The notes under the pieces: model-generated | Database searches by the model: none | Told to the model about the DNA's origin: nothing | Seen by the model: the letters and a program-made list of their open reading frames with translations, nothing else | Made by a program: the position numbers and the translations under genes | Shown: piece after piece, positions 1 to 9,150 of the stretch | Layout of the letters: every line of letters starts with the position of its first letter | Position numbering within the stretch: position 1 is the first letter of the stretch | From: an uncultured virus (IMG/VR IMGVR_UViG_3300038317_000166) | Taxonomy: Duplodnaviria > Heunggongvirae > Uroviricota > Caudoviricetes | Length of the DNA stretch: 20,000 nt | Virus record (IMG/VR): IMGVR_UViG_3300038317_000166 | Direction: 5' to 3' (one strand)

Positions 1-493
1 CTGCGTCGGTAACGGCAGCGGTCAGCCCACGGGCATCTTCACTGCGAGTGGCGGTGACGTCGGCGTGACCACCGCAACTGCGGCGGATATTAAGGCTGAT
101 GAAATCATCGACCTAACCTATTCCCTCAAGGACGGATATAAGAAAAATGCCGTGTTTGTTTTGAGCAGCGCCACTCTCGCAGGTATTCGCAAATTAAAGG
201 ACGGCAATGGCGCATATATGTGGCAGCCGTCGCTGCAGGCAGGTCAGCCTGACCGTCTGCTTGGTTTCCCGGTGTATGTCTCCCAGTATGCTCCGACCAT
301 CGCGGCAGGTGCATATACCGTTGCTTTCGGTGACTTCCAGAACTACTGGATTGCCGACCGCAGTGGCAGAACCGTGCGCCGTGCGGACGAACTGCATATC
401 GCCAACCTGCAGACCGGCTTCTACGCTTTCCAGCGCGTAGACGGAAAGACCGTACTGCCCGAGGGCATCAAGCTGCTCAAGCAGCACGCTTAA
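1..493 (+). CDS. Phage major capsid protein, HK97 family (5'-truncated by the window edge)
   Basis: Frame is open from position 2 (CVGNGSGQPTGIF...), so the GTG at 65 is not the true start. Typical HK97 motifs: IRKLKDGNGAYMWQP, LLGFPV, FGDF..Y.IADR, GF.AFQRVDG. Confidence 0.95.
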   Translation, partial: CVGNGSGQPTGIFTASGGDVGVTTATAADIKADEIIDLTYSLKDGYKKNAVFVLSSATLAGIRKLKDGNGAYMWQPSLQAGQPDRLLGFPVYVSQYAPTIAAGAYTVAFGDFQNYWIADRSGRTVRRADELHIANLQTGFYAFQRVDGKTVLPEGIKLLKQHA

Positions 494-506
494 GGAGGGC
501 TGACCT

Positions 507-728
507 ATGAGTGACTATAACGCAAAAAACTACACCGAGCAGGGCGGAGAAAAAACCGTCATTGGTGGCACACTCGAAATCTTGGAGGGAGCCTCGGTAA
601 CGGGGCTTCCTACTGCAGAAAATCAGGCGGACAGTACCGCGACCGATGCCGCAGGCTTGGTTACGGACTTTAACGCTCTTCTCGCCAAGCTGAAAGCGGC
701 GGGTTTGATGGTGGCGGACGAAGAATAA
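507..728 (+). CDS. Head fibre / capsid decoration protein
   Basis: 73 aa directly after the capsid gene with RBS AAGGAGG. C-terminal AENQADSTATDAAGLVTDFNALLAKLKAAGLM resembles phage head-fibre proteins. Confidence 0.75.
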   Translation: MSDYNAKNYTEQGGEKTVIGGTLEILEGASVTGLPTAENQADSTATDAAGLVTDFNALLAKLKAAGLMVADEE

Positions 729-747
729 CCCAAAGGAGGCGGATGGC

Positions 748-1065
748 ATGACAACAGATAACCTTCTCCCCAAAGTCAAAGCGCACCTTATTTTGTCACA
801 CGACGAGGACGACGGATTGCTACTGAGCTATATTGCCGCCGCCGTCTCCTATGCCGAAAGTTACCAGCACGTTGCTAAGGGCTATTATGAGGAAACTTCC
901 ATGCCGCCCACCACAGAGCAAGCCGTGATTATGCTGTCGTCCTTCTTCTACGAAAGTCGGGACGGCAGCACGGCCGGCTTTTTCGCGGATAGCGTGCAGG
1001 CCGGCCAGCAGGTGTGGGATACGGTCAATATGCTTCTTCGGCTTGACCGGGATTGGAAGGTGTGA
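748..1065 (+). CDS. Head-tail connector protein (HK97 gp6 / SPP1 gp15-like)
   Basis: RBS AAGGAGG; LLPKVKAHL..HDEDDGLL..YI.AA and QAVIML..FYE.R motifs; synteny. Confidence 0.88.
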   Translation: MTTDNLLPKVKAHLILSHDEDDGLLLSYIAAAVSYAESYQHVAKGYYEETSMPPTTEQAVIMLSSFFYESRDGSTAGFFADSVQAGQQVWDTVNMLLRLDRDWKV

Positions 1066-1067
1066 CA

Positions 1068-1403
1068 ATGAGCTACGGTAAAATGAATACCTTCATTGGC
1101 ATCATCTCCACCGCCCCGGCAAAGGATGCGGATGGCTTTGTTACAAGCGGCGACCATATTGTTGCTTCCATCCGCGCATACAAAGAGGACCGCCACGGAA
1201 ACGAGAAGTGGGCAAATATGGCAGCGTTCAGCGAAGCGACGGCCCTTTTCCGTTTTCGTAAGATTCCCAACGTAGAGATAACAACCTCTCTGTTTATCAT
1301 CTGCGGCGATGAGCAATATCGAATTATCAGCGCGGAGGATGTTCGCGGGCGCGGAATGTACATTGAGGTGCTCGCGGAAAAGCAGGAAGGGACGGTGAGG
1401 TAA
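1068..1403 (+). CDS. Head closure / head-tail adaptor protein (SPP1 gp16-like)
   Basis: ATG at 1068 preceded by GGAAGGTG (preferred over the TTG at 1053); FRFRKIP and YRIISAEDVRGRGMYIEVLA pattern; synteny. Confidence 0.82.
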   Translation: MSYGKMNTFIGIISTAPAKDADGFVTSGDHIVASIRAYKEDRHGNEKWANMAAFSEATALFRFRKIPNVEITTSLFIICGDEQYRIISAEDVRGRGMYIEVLAEKQEGTVR

Positions 1404-1834
1404 TGGCAAAAGCCCAAATTAAGATGCCGGAGGAATTTCTTTTGAAGGTTTCCCGGCTGGCTGACCAAACAGACGCGATTATCCCCAAGGTGCTGGAGGC
1501 GGGCGGCGAGGTCGTTCTATCCAAAGTAAAGTCGAATCTGTCAAGCGTGGTAGGCAGCGGAATAAAAGAAAAAAGCCGCTCCACAGGCGAATTGGAACGC
1601 TCCCTCGGACTCTCTCCCGCCAAGCAGAACCGGGACGGTAACTGGGATGTGAAGATCGGTTTTGCGGAACCGCGCTCTGACGGTGACTCCAACGCAAAAA
1701 TTGCCAACATTCTCGAATACGGCAAATCCGGCCAGCCGCCCAAGCCTTTTTTAAAGCCTGCAAGAACTCAGAGCAAAAGCGCCTGCATTGAAACCATGAA
1801 GTCAAAGCTTCAGGAGGAGGTCGACGGAATATGA
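1403..1834 (+). CDS. HK97 gp10-family neck/tail-completion protein
   Basis: RSTGELERS and ILEYGKSGQPPKPFLKPA motifs; start overlaps upstream stop (TAATG). Confidence 0.88.
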   Translation: MAKAQIKMPEEFLLKVSRLADQTDAIIPKVLEAGGEVVLSKVKSNLSSVVGSGIKEKSRSTGELERSLGLSPAKQNRDGNWDVKIGFAEPRSDGDSNAKIANILEYGKSGQPPKPFLKPARTQSKSACIETMKSKLQEEVDGI

Positions 1835-2169
1835 GCATTTTAACAGAATTGAACACATTGCTTTCGCCTGTTCTCCCTGTGGAGACAGGCGTTTTTTCCG
1901 GCGTTCCTCCCGACGAATACCTTGTATTCACACCCATGACGGACGAATTTGCCCTGTTTGGAAATAACACACCGCTCTTCGATATCTCCGAAGTGCGGAT
2001 TTCGCTGTTTTCCAAAGGCAACTACCTCCAGAGGAAAAAGCAGATAACAGCGCTGCTTCTGGGCGCAGAATTTACGATAACCGACCGCCGGTATATTGGC
2101 CATGAGGACGATACCGGCTACCACCACTACGCCATTGATGTGGAAAAATCATACGAAACGGAGGAATAA
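1831..2169 (+). CDS. Putative tail terminator / tail completion protein
   Basis: 112 aa between gp10-like and major tail genes; ATGA overlap; C-terminal EDDTGYHHYAID motif typical of this position. Confidence 0.7.
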   Translation: MSILTELNTLLSPVLPVETGVFSGVPPDEYLVFTPMTDEFALFGNNTPLFDISEVRISLFSKGNYLQRKKQITALLLGAEFTITDRRYIGHEDDTGYHHYAIDVEKSYETEE

Positions 2170-2172
2170 ATT

Positions 2173-2763
2173 ATGGCGACAATCGGTCTTGATAAACTGT
2201 ATTATTCAAAAATAACCGAGGATTCCAACGGCGAAGAAACATACTCTACGCCTTTGGTGCTTGCCAAAGCCATCACTGCCGAACTCTCGGTGGAACTGGT
2301 GGAGGCAATATTATACGCTGACGACGGTGCCGCCGAAGTGGTGAAAGACTTCAACAGCGGTACGCTCACACTTGGCGTTGACGACATTGGACCCACTGCA
2401 GCGGCGGATCTGACCGGCGCATCCACAGACGATAACGGCGTACTGATCTCAGCAAGCGAGAACGTGGGAACGCCTGTCGCAGTAGGCTTCCGCGCGAAGA
2501 AAGCAAACGGTACCTACCGCTATTTCTGGCTTTACCGCATAAAATTCGGTCTGCCCGCGACCAATCTGCAGACCAAGGCAGACTCCATCACATTTTCCAC
2601 GCCGACTATCGAAGGGACGGTCATGCGCCGCAACAAACTGGACGCTTTTGGCAAGCACCCGTGGAAGGCGGAGGTTACCGAAGGTGACGCCGGAGTGGCT
2701 TCTGCCACAATCACCGGTTGGTTCACCGAGGTTTACGAACCTGCCTATACACCGGAGCCGTAA
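2173..2763 (+). CDS. Major tail protein (phi13 family)
   Basis: MATIGLDKLYY, LYADDG, VAVGFRAKK.NG.YRYFWLY, TKADSITFSTPTIEG motifs; RBS GGAGG. Confidence 0.92.
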   Translation: MATIGLDKLYYSKITEDSNGEETYSTPLVLAKAITAELSVELVEAILYADDGAAEVVKDFNSGTLTLGVDDIGPTAAADLTGASTDDNGVLISASENVGTPVAVGFRAKKANGTYRYFWLYRIKFGLPATNLQTKADSITFSTPTIEGTVMRRNKLDAFGKHPWKAEVTEGDAGVASATITGWFTEVYEPAYTPEP

Positions 2764-2775
2764 GGAGGATGCAGA

Positions 2776-3186
2776 ATGAATAACGTCATTTTTACAAATG
2801 CCGCCGAAAGAAGCGCCGCTATCAATATCGGCGGCAAGGAATATGAACTGGTGCTGACCACCCGCGCGACCAAGGCGATTGCAGGGCGGTACGGTGGACT
2901 TGAAAATCTCGGCGAGAAGCTGATGAAATCGGAAAATTTCGAGATGGCGCTGGATGAGATCGTGTGGCTCCTGACACTGCTCGCTAACCAGTCCGTTTTG
3001 ATTCACAACCTCAAAAACAAGGATGCCCCGCAGGAGCTTCTGACAGAGGAGGAGGTAGAACTTCTCACCTCGCCCCTCGATCTGGCGGCCTACAAAAATG
3101 CGATTACAGAGGCAATGTTCAAGGGTACCAAGCGCAACGTGGAAAGTGAGGACGAAACCTCCTTAAAAAACGCACAAGTCGAGTAG
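2776..3186 (+). CDS. Tail assembly chaperone (lambda gpG analogue)
   Basis: Between major tail and tape measure genes; INIGGKEYEL..T motif; ends shortly after the slippery heptamer A AAA AAC. Confidence 0.85.
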   Translation: MNNVIFTNAAERSAAINIGGKEYELVLTTRATKAIAGRYGGLENLGEKLMKSENFEMALDEIVWLLTLLANQSVLIHNLKNKDAPQELLTEEEVELLTSPLDLAAYKNAITEAMFKGTKRNVESEDETSLKNAQVE

Positions 3187-3392
3187 ACGGACTGTGTCAG
3201 CAAACTGACGCGGAAACCTTTACTCGACTTCTTTATTACGGAACGGTGCAGATGGGTATGGCCTCGGAGGAATTCTGGCTCATGCCCATCGGCCTGTTTC
3301 TGGACCTGTGGGCCTGCCACAAACAGTTTCTCGGCATGGAAAAGCCGAAGAAAACCCGGACGATCGACGATATCATTCCACCCGGAATCTAA
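3165..3392 (+). CDS. Tail assembly chaperone frameshift extension (lambda gpT analogue), -1 frame; absent from the ORF track
   Basis: The -1 frame is open from the heptamer at 3165-3171 to TAA at 3390-3392: RTSRVDGLCQQTDAETFTRLLYYGTVQMGMASEEFWLMPIGLFLDLWACHKQFLGMEKPKKTRTIDDIIPPGI. Confidence 0.8.
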   Translation, partial: KKRTSRVDGLCQQTDAETFTRLLYYGTVQMGMASEEFWLMPIGLFLDLWACHKQFLGMEKPKKTRTIDDIIPPGI

Positions 3393-3406
3393 GGAGGTGA
3401 GCATAA

Positions 3407-5830
3407 ATGGCGGACAATTTTGGCTTAAAAATCGGCGTTGAGGGAGAGCGCGAGTTTAAAAAGGCACTTTCGGATATCAACCAGAGTTTCAAGGTTCTCG
3501 GTTCGGAAATGCAGCTGGTCACCAGTCAGTTTGATAAAAACGACAAATCCGTGCAGGCGCTCACTTCCCGCAACGAAGTCCTAAACAAGGAAATCGACGC
3601 TCAGAAAAGTAAGATTGAAACCCTGCGTGCCGCCCTGCAGAACGCCTACGAATCCTTTGGTGAAAACGACCGCCGCACCCAAAACTGGCAGATTCAGCTG
3701 AACAAGGCGCAGGCGGAGCTTAATGGCATGGAGCGTGAGCTGGCACAGTCAACGGAAGCTACTGACAACCTTGGTGATGAACTGAAGGATACCGCCGACG
3801 AAGCCGAAAAATCCGGCCCGAGGTTTGAAAAGCTGGGCGGTGTTCTCAAAGGCATCGGCGTAACGATAGGTGCGGTGGCTGTTGCGGCAGGCGCGGCGGC
3901 AATCAAGCTGGGCAAAGAGGTCGTGCAGCAGTTCGGTGAACTGGAACAAAATCTCGGCGGCTCAGAGGCGGTCTTCGGCGCATATGCCGCGTCAATTCAG
4001 AAAACCGGTGAGGAAGCGTACCGAAACCTTGGTGTTTCCCAGTCGGAATATCTGGCTACGGCCAACAAAATGGGCGCTTTGTTTCAGGGCTCCGGCATTC
4101 AGCAACAGAAATCGCTGGAACTGACAGAAAAAGCGATGCAGCGTGCGGCGGATATGGCGTCAGTCATGGGCATTGATATGTCCACAGCCATGGAAGCCGT
4201 CACCGGCGCGGCAAAGGGCAACTTTACCATGATGGACAATTTGGGCGTTGCAATGAACGCGACCAGCATTCAGGCGTATGCCGCCTCGAAGGGTCTGGAT
4301 TTCGTATGGAACAGCGCGAGCAATGCCGAAAAAGCCGAAGTCGCCATGCAGATGTTCTTTGAAAACACCGAGCAGTACGCCGGCAACTTTGCAAGGGAAT
4401 CTACGCAAACCATCAGCGGCTCTATCGGCCTGCTTCAAGCTGCCCTATCTTCATTCACGGCGGGGCTTGGAAACGCAGACGCGGATATGACGAATCTAAC
4501 GGAGAACCTTGTGGACGCGTTCCAAGCTGTAGTAAAGAATGTCGTGCCGGTGCTTGAAAACATCGTGGCGGCACTCCCGCAGGCAACGGGGGCAATTTTA
4601 CAGGCGGTTGGTGATCTTCTTCCTTTGCTGCTTGAAACGGTGACGAACATCTTCACGCAGGTGTTGAACACGATTCTGTCGCTCCTGCCCGAACTCATCC
4701 CCGCAGCCGTAGACGCTGTGATGACAATAGTCGGAGCGCTGATTGACAGTCTCCCGCTCCTCGTCGACGCGGCGGTGCAATTGGTAACAGCTCTGGTCGG
4801 CGGCATCGGCTCAGCTTTGCCAAAACTTATCCCAGCGGCAGTAAGCGCGGTCTCAACCATCGTTCAAGGCTTGGCGGATAATCTCCCAATGATTCTTGAA
4901 GCAGCGCTGCAGCTTATCCTTGGGCTTGCCCAGGGTTTGCTGGATGCAATTCCTCAATTAATCGCCGCCCTGCCCGCGATCATTACCGCCATCGTGGCCT
5001 TTATCATCGCGGCGATACCACAGATTATTGATGCTGGCATTCAGCTGTTGACCTCGCTGGTTGAGGCGCTGCCTGTAATTATCGAGGCAATTGTGGAAGC
5101 CATACCACAAATCATCGACGGGATTATTACGGCAGTCATTCAATCCATCCCACTCATTATCGATGCGGGGGTAAAACTTCTTATATCGCTGATTAAAAAC
5201 CTACCCCTAATTATTACAACAGTGGTCAGGGCTATCCCTCAGATTGTCGGTGGTTTGGTGAATGCCATCGTCGGGAACATCGATAAGATCATCCTTGCGG
5301 GCGTTCAGCTGCTTGTTGCTTTGATTGCGAACCTGCCGAAAATCATAGTCGAGGTGGTCAAGGCGGTTCCGCAGATTATCACGGGATTGGTTAGAGCGTT
5401 CGCCAGCTATATTGGGCAGATGGCTCAGGTTGGCGGCAACCTCATCAAAGGGTTGTGGCAGGGCATCTCGGACGCGGGCGCATGGCTGTGGAATAAAATC
5501 AGCAGCTTTTTCGGTGGGATTGTAAACCGCATCAAGGACTTCTTCGGCATTCACTCTCCCTCTACTCTTTTTGCCGGGCTTGGCAAAAACATGGGTGAAG
5601 GCATCGGTGTGGGCTTTGAGGATGCCATGTCCGCCGTTTCACGGGATATGCAGAATGCCATCCCCACACGCTTCGATTTCAGTACCGGCGGCATGTCCGG
5701 GCAAAGCGGATCTGTTCCCGGCACGAACATTACGCAGAACATCTCCGTAGTGACGCCGAAAGCACTATCCGAAAAGGAACTGGCGAGAGAATTCAAGAAC
5801 CTCTCGCGCAAGCTGGCACTGGAGTATTAA
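3407..5830 (+). CDS. Tail tape measure protein
   Basis: 807 aa; N-terminal coiled coil, amphipathic LP.II/IPQII repeats, C-terminal IKDFFGIHSPS motif; RBS AAGGAGGTGA. Confidence 0.95.
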   Translation: MADNFGLKIGVEGEREFKKALSDINQSFKVLGSEMQLVTSQFDKNDKSVQALTSRNEVLNKEIDAQKSKIETLRAALQNAYESFGENDRRTQNWQIQLNKAQAELNGMERELAQSTEATDNLGDELKDTADEAEKSGPRFEKLGGVLKGIGVTIGAVAVAAGAAAIKLGKEVVQQFGELEQNLGGSEAVFGAYAASIQKTGEEAYRNLGVSQSEYLATANKMGALFQGSGIQQQKSLELTEKAMQRAADMASVMGIDMSTAMEAVTGAAKGNFTMMDNLGVAMNATSIQAYAASKGLDFVWNSASNAEKAEVAMQMFFENTEQYAGNFARESTQTISGSIGLLQAALSSFTAGLGNADADMTNLTENLVDAFQAVVKNVVPVLENIVAALPQATGAILQAVGDLLPLLLETVTNIFTQVLNTILSLLPELIPAAVDAVMTIVGALIDSLPLLVDAAVQLVTALVGGIGSALPKLIPAAVSAVSTIVQGLADNLPMILEAALQLILGLAQGLLDAIPQLIAALPAIITAIVAFIIAAIPQIIDAGIQLLTSLVEALPVIIEAIVEAIPQIIDGIITAVIQSIPLIIDAGVKLLISLIKNLPLIITTVVRAIPQIVGGLVNAIVGNIDKIILAGVQLLVALIANLPKIIVEVVKAVPQIITGLVRAFASYIGQMAQVGGNLIKGLWQGISDAGAWLWNKISSFFGGIVNRIKDFFGIHSPSTLFAGLGKNMGEGIGVGFEDAMSAVSRDMQNAIPTRFDFSTGGMSGQSGSVPGTNITQNISVVTPKALSEKELAREFKNLSRKLALEY

Positions 5831-5843
5831 AGGAGGGACGGCT

Positions 5844-6695
5844 ATGGAACTAACCTATATCAATGCAAATGGCAAAAGCATCACGCTCGAACAAGGCCGC
5901 CCGTATTTTCTTAAGAAGATAGACGGCACTGGCGACATTCGTCAGACCGTTAACACGTTCAAGGCACCGGATCAGGACGGCGCTTTTTACATCTCCTCAA
6001 CACTGGATATGCGCAATATCACGCTGGAAGGCACAGTCATCGCGGACACACCTGATGAAGCCTACGCACGAAGGCACAGCTTCCTTCAAATATTCAGTCC
6101 CAAGGTGAACGGGACGCTTCTGTACCGGGAGCGGCAAATTGCCTGCGTCGTAGAGGAGGCGGGCTTTACGGTTTCCACCCGGCAGCGGATACCCGGCTTT
6201 TTTGTCAGTTTGCTCTGCCCGTCTCCATTCTTCGAGACACAGGATGAGGTTCGCGAGGAACTGGCGTCATGGATACCAATGTTCGAATTTGAACTGGAGC
6301 TGCCCGAAAGCGGCATGGAATTCGGAATGCGCCAGCCCAGCCAGATCATCACGGTTGACAACATCGGCGATGTTTCATGCGGCTGTGAAATTGTGTTCCG
6401 GGCGCTGGGTACGGTGACAAATCCCGAACTGCTGAACATGGATACTGGGGAATACATCCGGCTCCTAACAACAATGAACATCGGGGATGAACTCCGGGTA
6501 TACACGCATTTTGCCGGAAAGCGCGTAGTCAGCGTTGACGGCTCGACAGTAACAAACGCTTTCTCGCTATTGGATACCGGCTCGGCGTTTTTCCAGCTTG
6601 CCGCCGGGGTGAATACTTTACGTTATGACGCTTCAGTCAATATGGAACTGCTGGAGGTCAGCATATATTACCGGCCGCAGTTTTTGGGGGTGTGA
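5844..6695 (+). CDS. Distal tail protein (Dit, siphovirus tail component)
   Basis: Follows the tape measure gene; QDGAFY.S..LDMRNITLEG, LLCPSPFF, NIGDV, FFQLAAGVNTLRY motifs. Confidence 0.88.
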   Translation: MELTYINANGKSITLEQGRPYFLKKIDGTGDIRQTVNTFKAPDQDGAFYISSTLDMRNITLEGTVIADTPDEAYARRHSFLQIFSPKVNGTLLYRERQIACVVEEAGFTVSTRQRIPGFFVSLLCPSPFFETQDEVREELASWIPMFEFELELPESGMEFGMRQPSQIITVDNIGDVSCGCEIVFRALGTVTNPELLNMDTGEYIRLLTTMNIGDELRVYTHFAGKRVVSVDGSTVTNAFSLLDTGSAFFQLAAGVNTLRYDASVNMELLEVSIYYRPQFLGV

Positions 6696-6697
6696 GG

Positions 6698-8614
6698 ATG
6701 GAACTGTATATCTATAATTCTGACCGGGAGCTTACTGGCATTGTGGAATCCTTTGAATACCTGCGTTGGACGAGACGTTACTCCCAGTGTGGCTCCTTCG
6801 AACTGCGGGCCATAGCGACACCGGAAAATACCGCGCTCCTGCAAGAAGGTAATTTCATCTGGAAGAACGATGATGAGGAAGCTGGAATTATTGAACATCT
6901 GGAAATGGCTCAGGCAGAGCAGGAAATCATCACGGTGAGCGGCCGTTTTGCAACCTCTTTTCTTTCACGGCGTATTGTCTGGCAAACGGAGGTGCTGTCA
7001 GGTGATCTTTCCGCCTGTGTGGAGCAGCTTTTAAATAATAACCTCATCAGTCCTACTGATACAGAACGGCAAATCGACGGTATAGTCTTCTCGTCCCCAA
7101 ACCTGAGCGTACCCGTCAGCACCCAGATATCATACCGGGGCCTGATGGATGTGGTAACAGAACTGTGCGGTGCTTCAGAAATTGGCATTAAGACCGTGTT
7201 CACTCCGGCAACGCACCTTTTTACCGTTACACTGTATAAAGGCACCGACTCTCAGGCGGTATTCTCCAAGGAATATGAAAACCTGACGGAACAGAGCTAT
7301 ACGGAGAGCGCGGCGGATTACGCCAACACCGCTCTCATCGGCGGCGAGGGTGAAGGCGAAGGCCGCACATTTGCCACCATTACCAGCGGCTCCGGCGAGA
7401 CCCGGCGAGAAATTTTCGTGGATGCCAAAGACCTGCAAGCGGCAGATTTCGGTACAGGTTACACCGACGCACTGATCTTCCGGGGACAGAGCAAGCTGAG
7501 CGAGCAGGGAATCCTTTATTCGTTCGACACGTCGGTGAACTCTCACGGCAACTTAACCTACAAGACAGATTTTGACATTGGCCAGACTGTAAAAGTCATT
7601 TCCAAGGCGTGGGGCGTATCCATGACGACGCGCATCACTGAAATTGAAGAGACTTATGACGCGGACGGTCTGAGCATCAGTGTTGTGTTCGGAAAGGCCG
7701 AGTTAACAATCGCGCAGAAGATCCGCTCCGACATGAGCGAAATCAAAACGGCTCTGTCGGCTCCAACCGGGATAACCGAAGTAACGGAGGCACTGAACGC
7801 TGTGGAGGGAACGCTGGGAAATCTCTCGGAGGTGGACCCGGATATTCAGGGGGCAACCTTTACAGCTACCGTGAACAACTTATATGGAAAGCTGCCCGCG
7901 CTTGAAATAACCGTGGGTGCGGGCACGATATCGGTCGGGCAATATGCCCTGCATCATATGGAACCGGGAGATTCGTTGTATTTCACATCGTGGAGCGGCA
8001 ACAAATTCAGCGACCAGCCGAGTGACGACGGTCATGTCTTTCTGGTAAAGCATAATGGTGACAATACGGGAAGCGGATACCAGCGGGCAATGGGTTTCTT
8101 TATATCCCGCAATACCATGACGTTTTATGTGGTTTCTCTTTTCGTTTACAACAATCCGTCCGTCGAGGCGAACTGGCTGAATATCAACAATGAGCCTATC
8201 ACTACGACACGGATTGCAACCGGAGCGGTCACCGGAGTAAAGATTGCGGACCGCACCATTACCGCTGTCAAAATTGCGTCTGCGCTGACCGATTACTCCG
8301 CAACAGAACAAAACACCGGGCGACTATGGATAGACGGTAAGACCATTTACAGAAAAGAAATCAATCTCGGCTCTCTTCCGAATGCGGTGCCGGGAAGTGT
8401 AGCGCACGGTATATCCAATCTCAGCACGGTTGTGAGTTTATCAGGCTTCGCTACAAACGGGACGGTGTTCCTGCCGTTACCGCTTGCACGATACAACAAC
8501 TTTGCTTCCCAGATTGGTCTCTACGCGGATACCACCAATATTATCGTCGAGCCCGGAAATGACCGAACCGCATATACGGGCTACGTGATAATTGAATATA
8601 CAAAAACCAGCTAA
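6698..8614 (+). CDS. Baseplate hub, ReqiPepy6 Gp37-like protein, with a ~295-aa C-terminal fibre-like extension
   Basis: N-terminal GIVESFEYLRWTRRYSQCGSFEL, NTALIGGEGEG..R, RREIFVDAKD, YKTDFDIGQTV motifs; ATG at 6698 (alternative GTG at 6692). Confidence 0.85.
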   Translation: MELYIYNSDRELTGIVESFEYLRWTRRYSQCGSFELRAIATPENTALLQEGNFIWKNDDEEAGIIEHLEMAQAEQEIITVSGRFATSFLSRRIVWQTEVLSGDLSACVEQLLNNNLISPTDTERQIDGIVFSSPNLSVPVSTQISYRGLMDVVTELCGASEIGIKTVFTPATHLFTVTLYKGTDSQAVFSKEYENLTEQSYTESAADYANTALIGGEGEGEGRTFATITSGSGETRREIFVDAKDLQAADFGTGYTDALIFRGQSKLSEQGILYSFDTSVNSHGNLTYKTDFDIGQTVKVISKAWGVSMTTRITEIEETYDADGLSISVVFGKAELTIAQKIRSDMSEIKTALSAPTGITEVTEALNAVEGTLGNLSEVDPDIQGATFTATVNNLYGKLPALEITVGAGTISVGQYALHHMEPGDSLYFTSWSGNKFSDQPSDDGHVFLVKHNGDNTGSGYQRAMGFFISRNTMTFYVVSLFVYNNPSVEANWLNINNEPITTTRIATGAVTGVKIADRTITAVKIASALTDYSATEQNTGRLWIDGKTIYRKEINLGSLPNAVPGSVAHGISNLSTVVSLSGFATNGTVFLPLPLARYNNFASQIGLYADTTNIIVEPGNDRTAYTGYVIIEYTKTS

Positions 8615-8632
8615 ACAAGGAGGAAACAGCGC

Positions 8633-9136
8633 ATGGAGAAAAGCGGATTTTTTAACTCGTCGGATGGAGACAGAGTCTATGACGCGACGGATTTCGCGGC
8701 ATATTTCGGAAGCCTTGTGTCGAACGGCGTATTCTACGCATCGGCGACGAACCTGCAGGCAACGCCCGGAAACGGGCTGGCGGTAAGCGTGGCAGCAGGC
8801 AGCGCTTGGATTAACGGATACCGGTATGAAAATACAGACGACCTCAACCTGCCGCTCACCACGGCAAACGGAAGCAATCCCCGAATTGACCGGATTGTGG
8901 TTCGTTTAAGCCAGGTCAGCCGAAGCATTCAGCTTGCCGTGGTTGACGGTACTCCGGCCGCGACGCCGTCAACTCCAGCGCTGACAAGGACCAGCGACAT
9001 CTATGAACTTGGGATTGCCGACGTTCTAATACCGGCTGCCGCCACATCGATAGCCACAAACAACATTACCGATACCCGGCTGAATACCAGCCTTTGCGGG
9101 CTGGTCAATTCTCTTGTGACGGCAGTTTATGAATGA
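8633..9136 (+). CDS. Putative baseplate / fibre-anchor structural protein
   Basis: MEKSGFFNS..GDRVYDA.DFA.YF, V..GSAWINGY, PRIDRIVVRL, YELGIADV, ITDTR motifs, commonly found after Gp37-like genes; RBS AAGGAGG. Confidence 0.75.
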   Translation: MEKSGFFNSSDGDRVYDATDFAAYFGSLVSNGVFYASATNLQATPGNGLAVSVAAGSAWINGYRYENTDDLNLPLTTANGSNPRIDRIVVRLSQVSRSIQLAVVDGTPAATPSTPALTRTSDIYELGIADVLIPAAATSIATNNITDTRLNTSLCGLVNSLVTAVYE

Positions 9137-9150
9137 GGAGGTGAACGACG

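Noticed and set aside
2740..2775. Frameshift-extended major tail protein carrying an Ig-like domain
   Set aside because: No slippery or CCC-TAA site at the 3' end, and the next gene starts 12 nt later.
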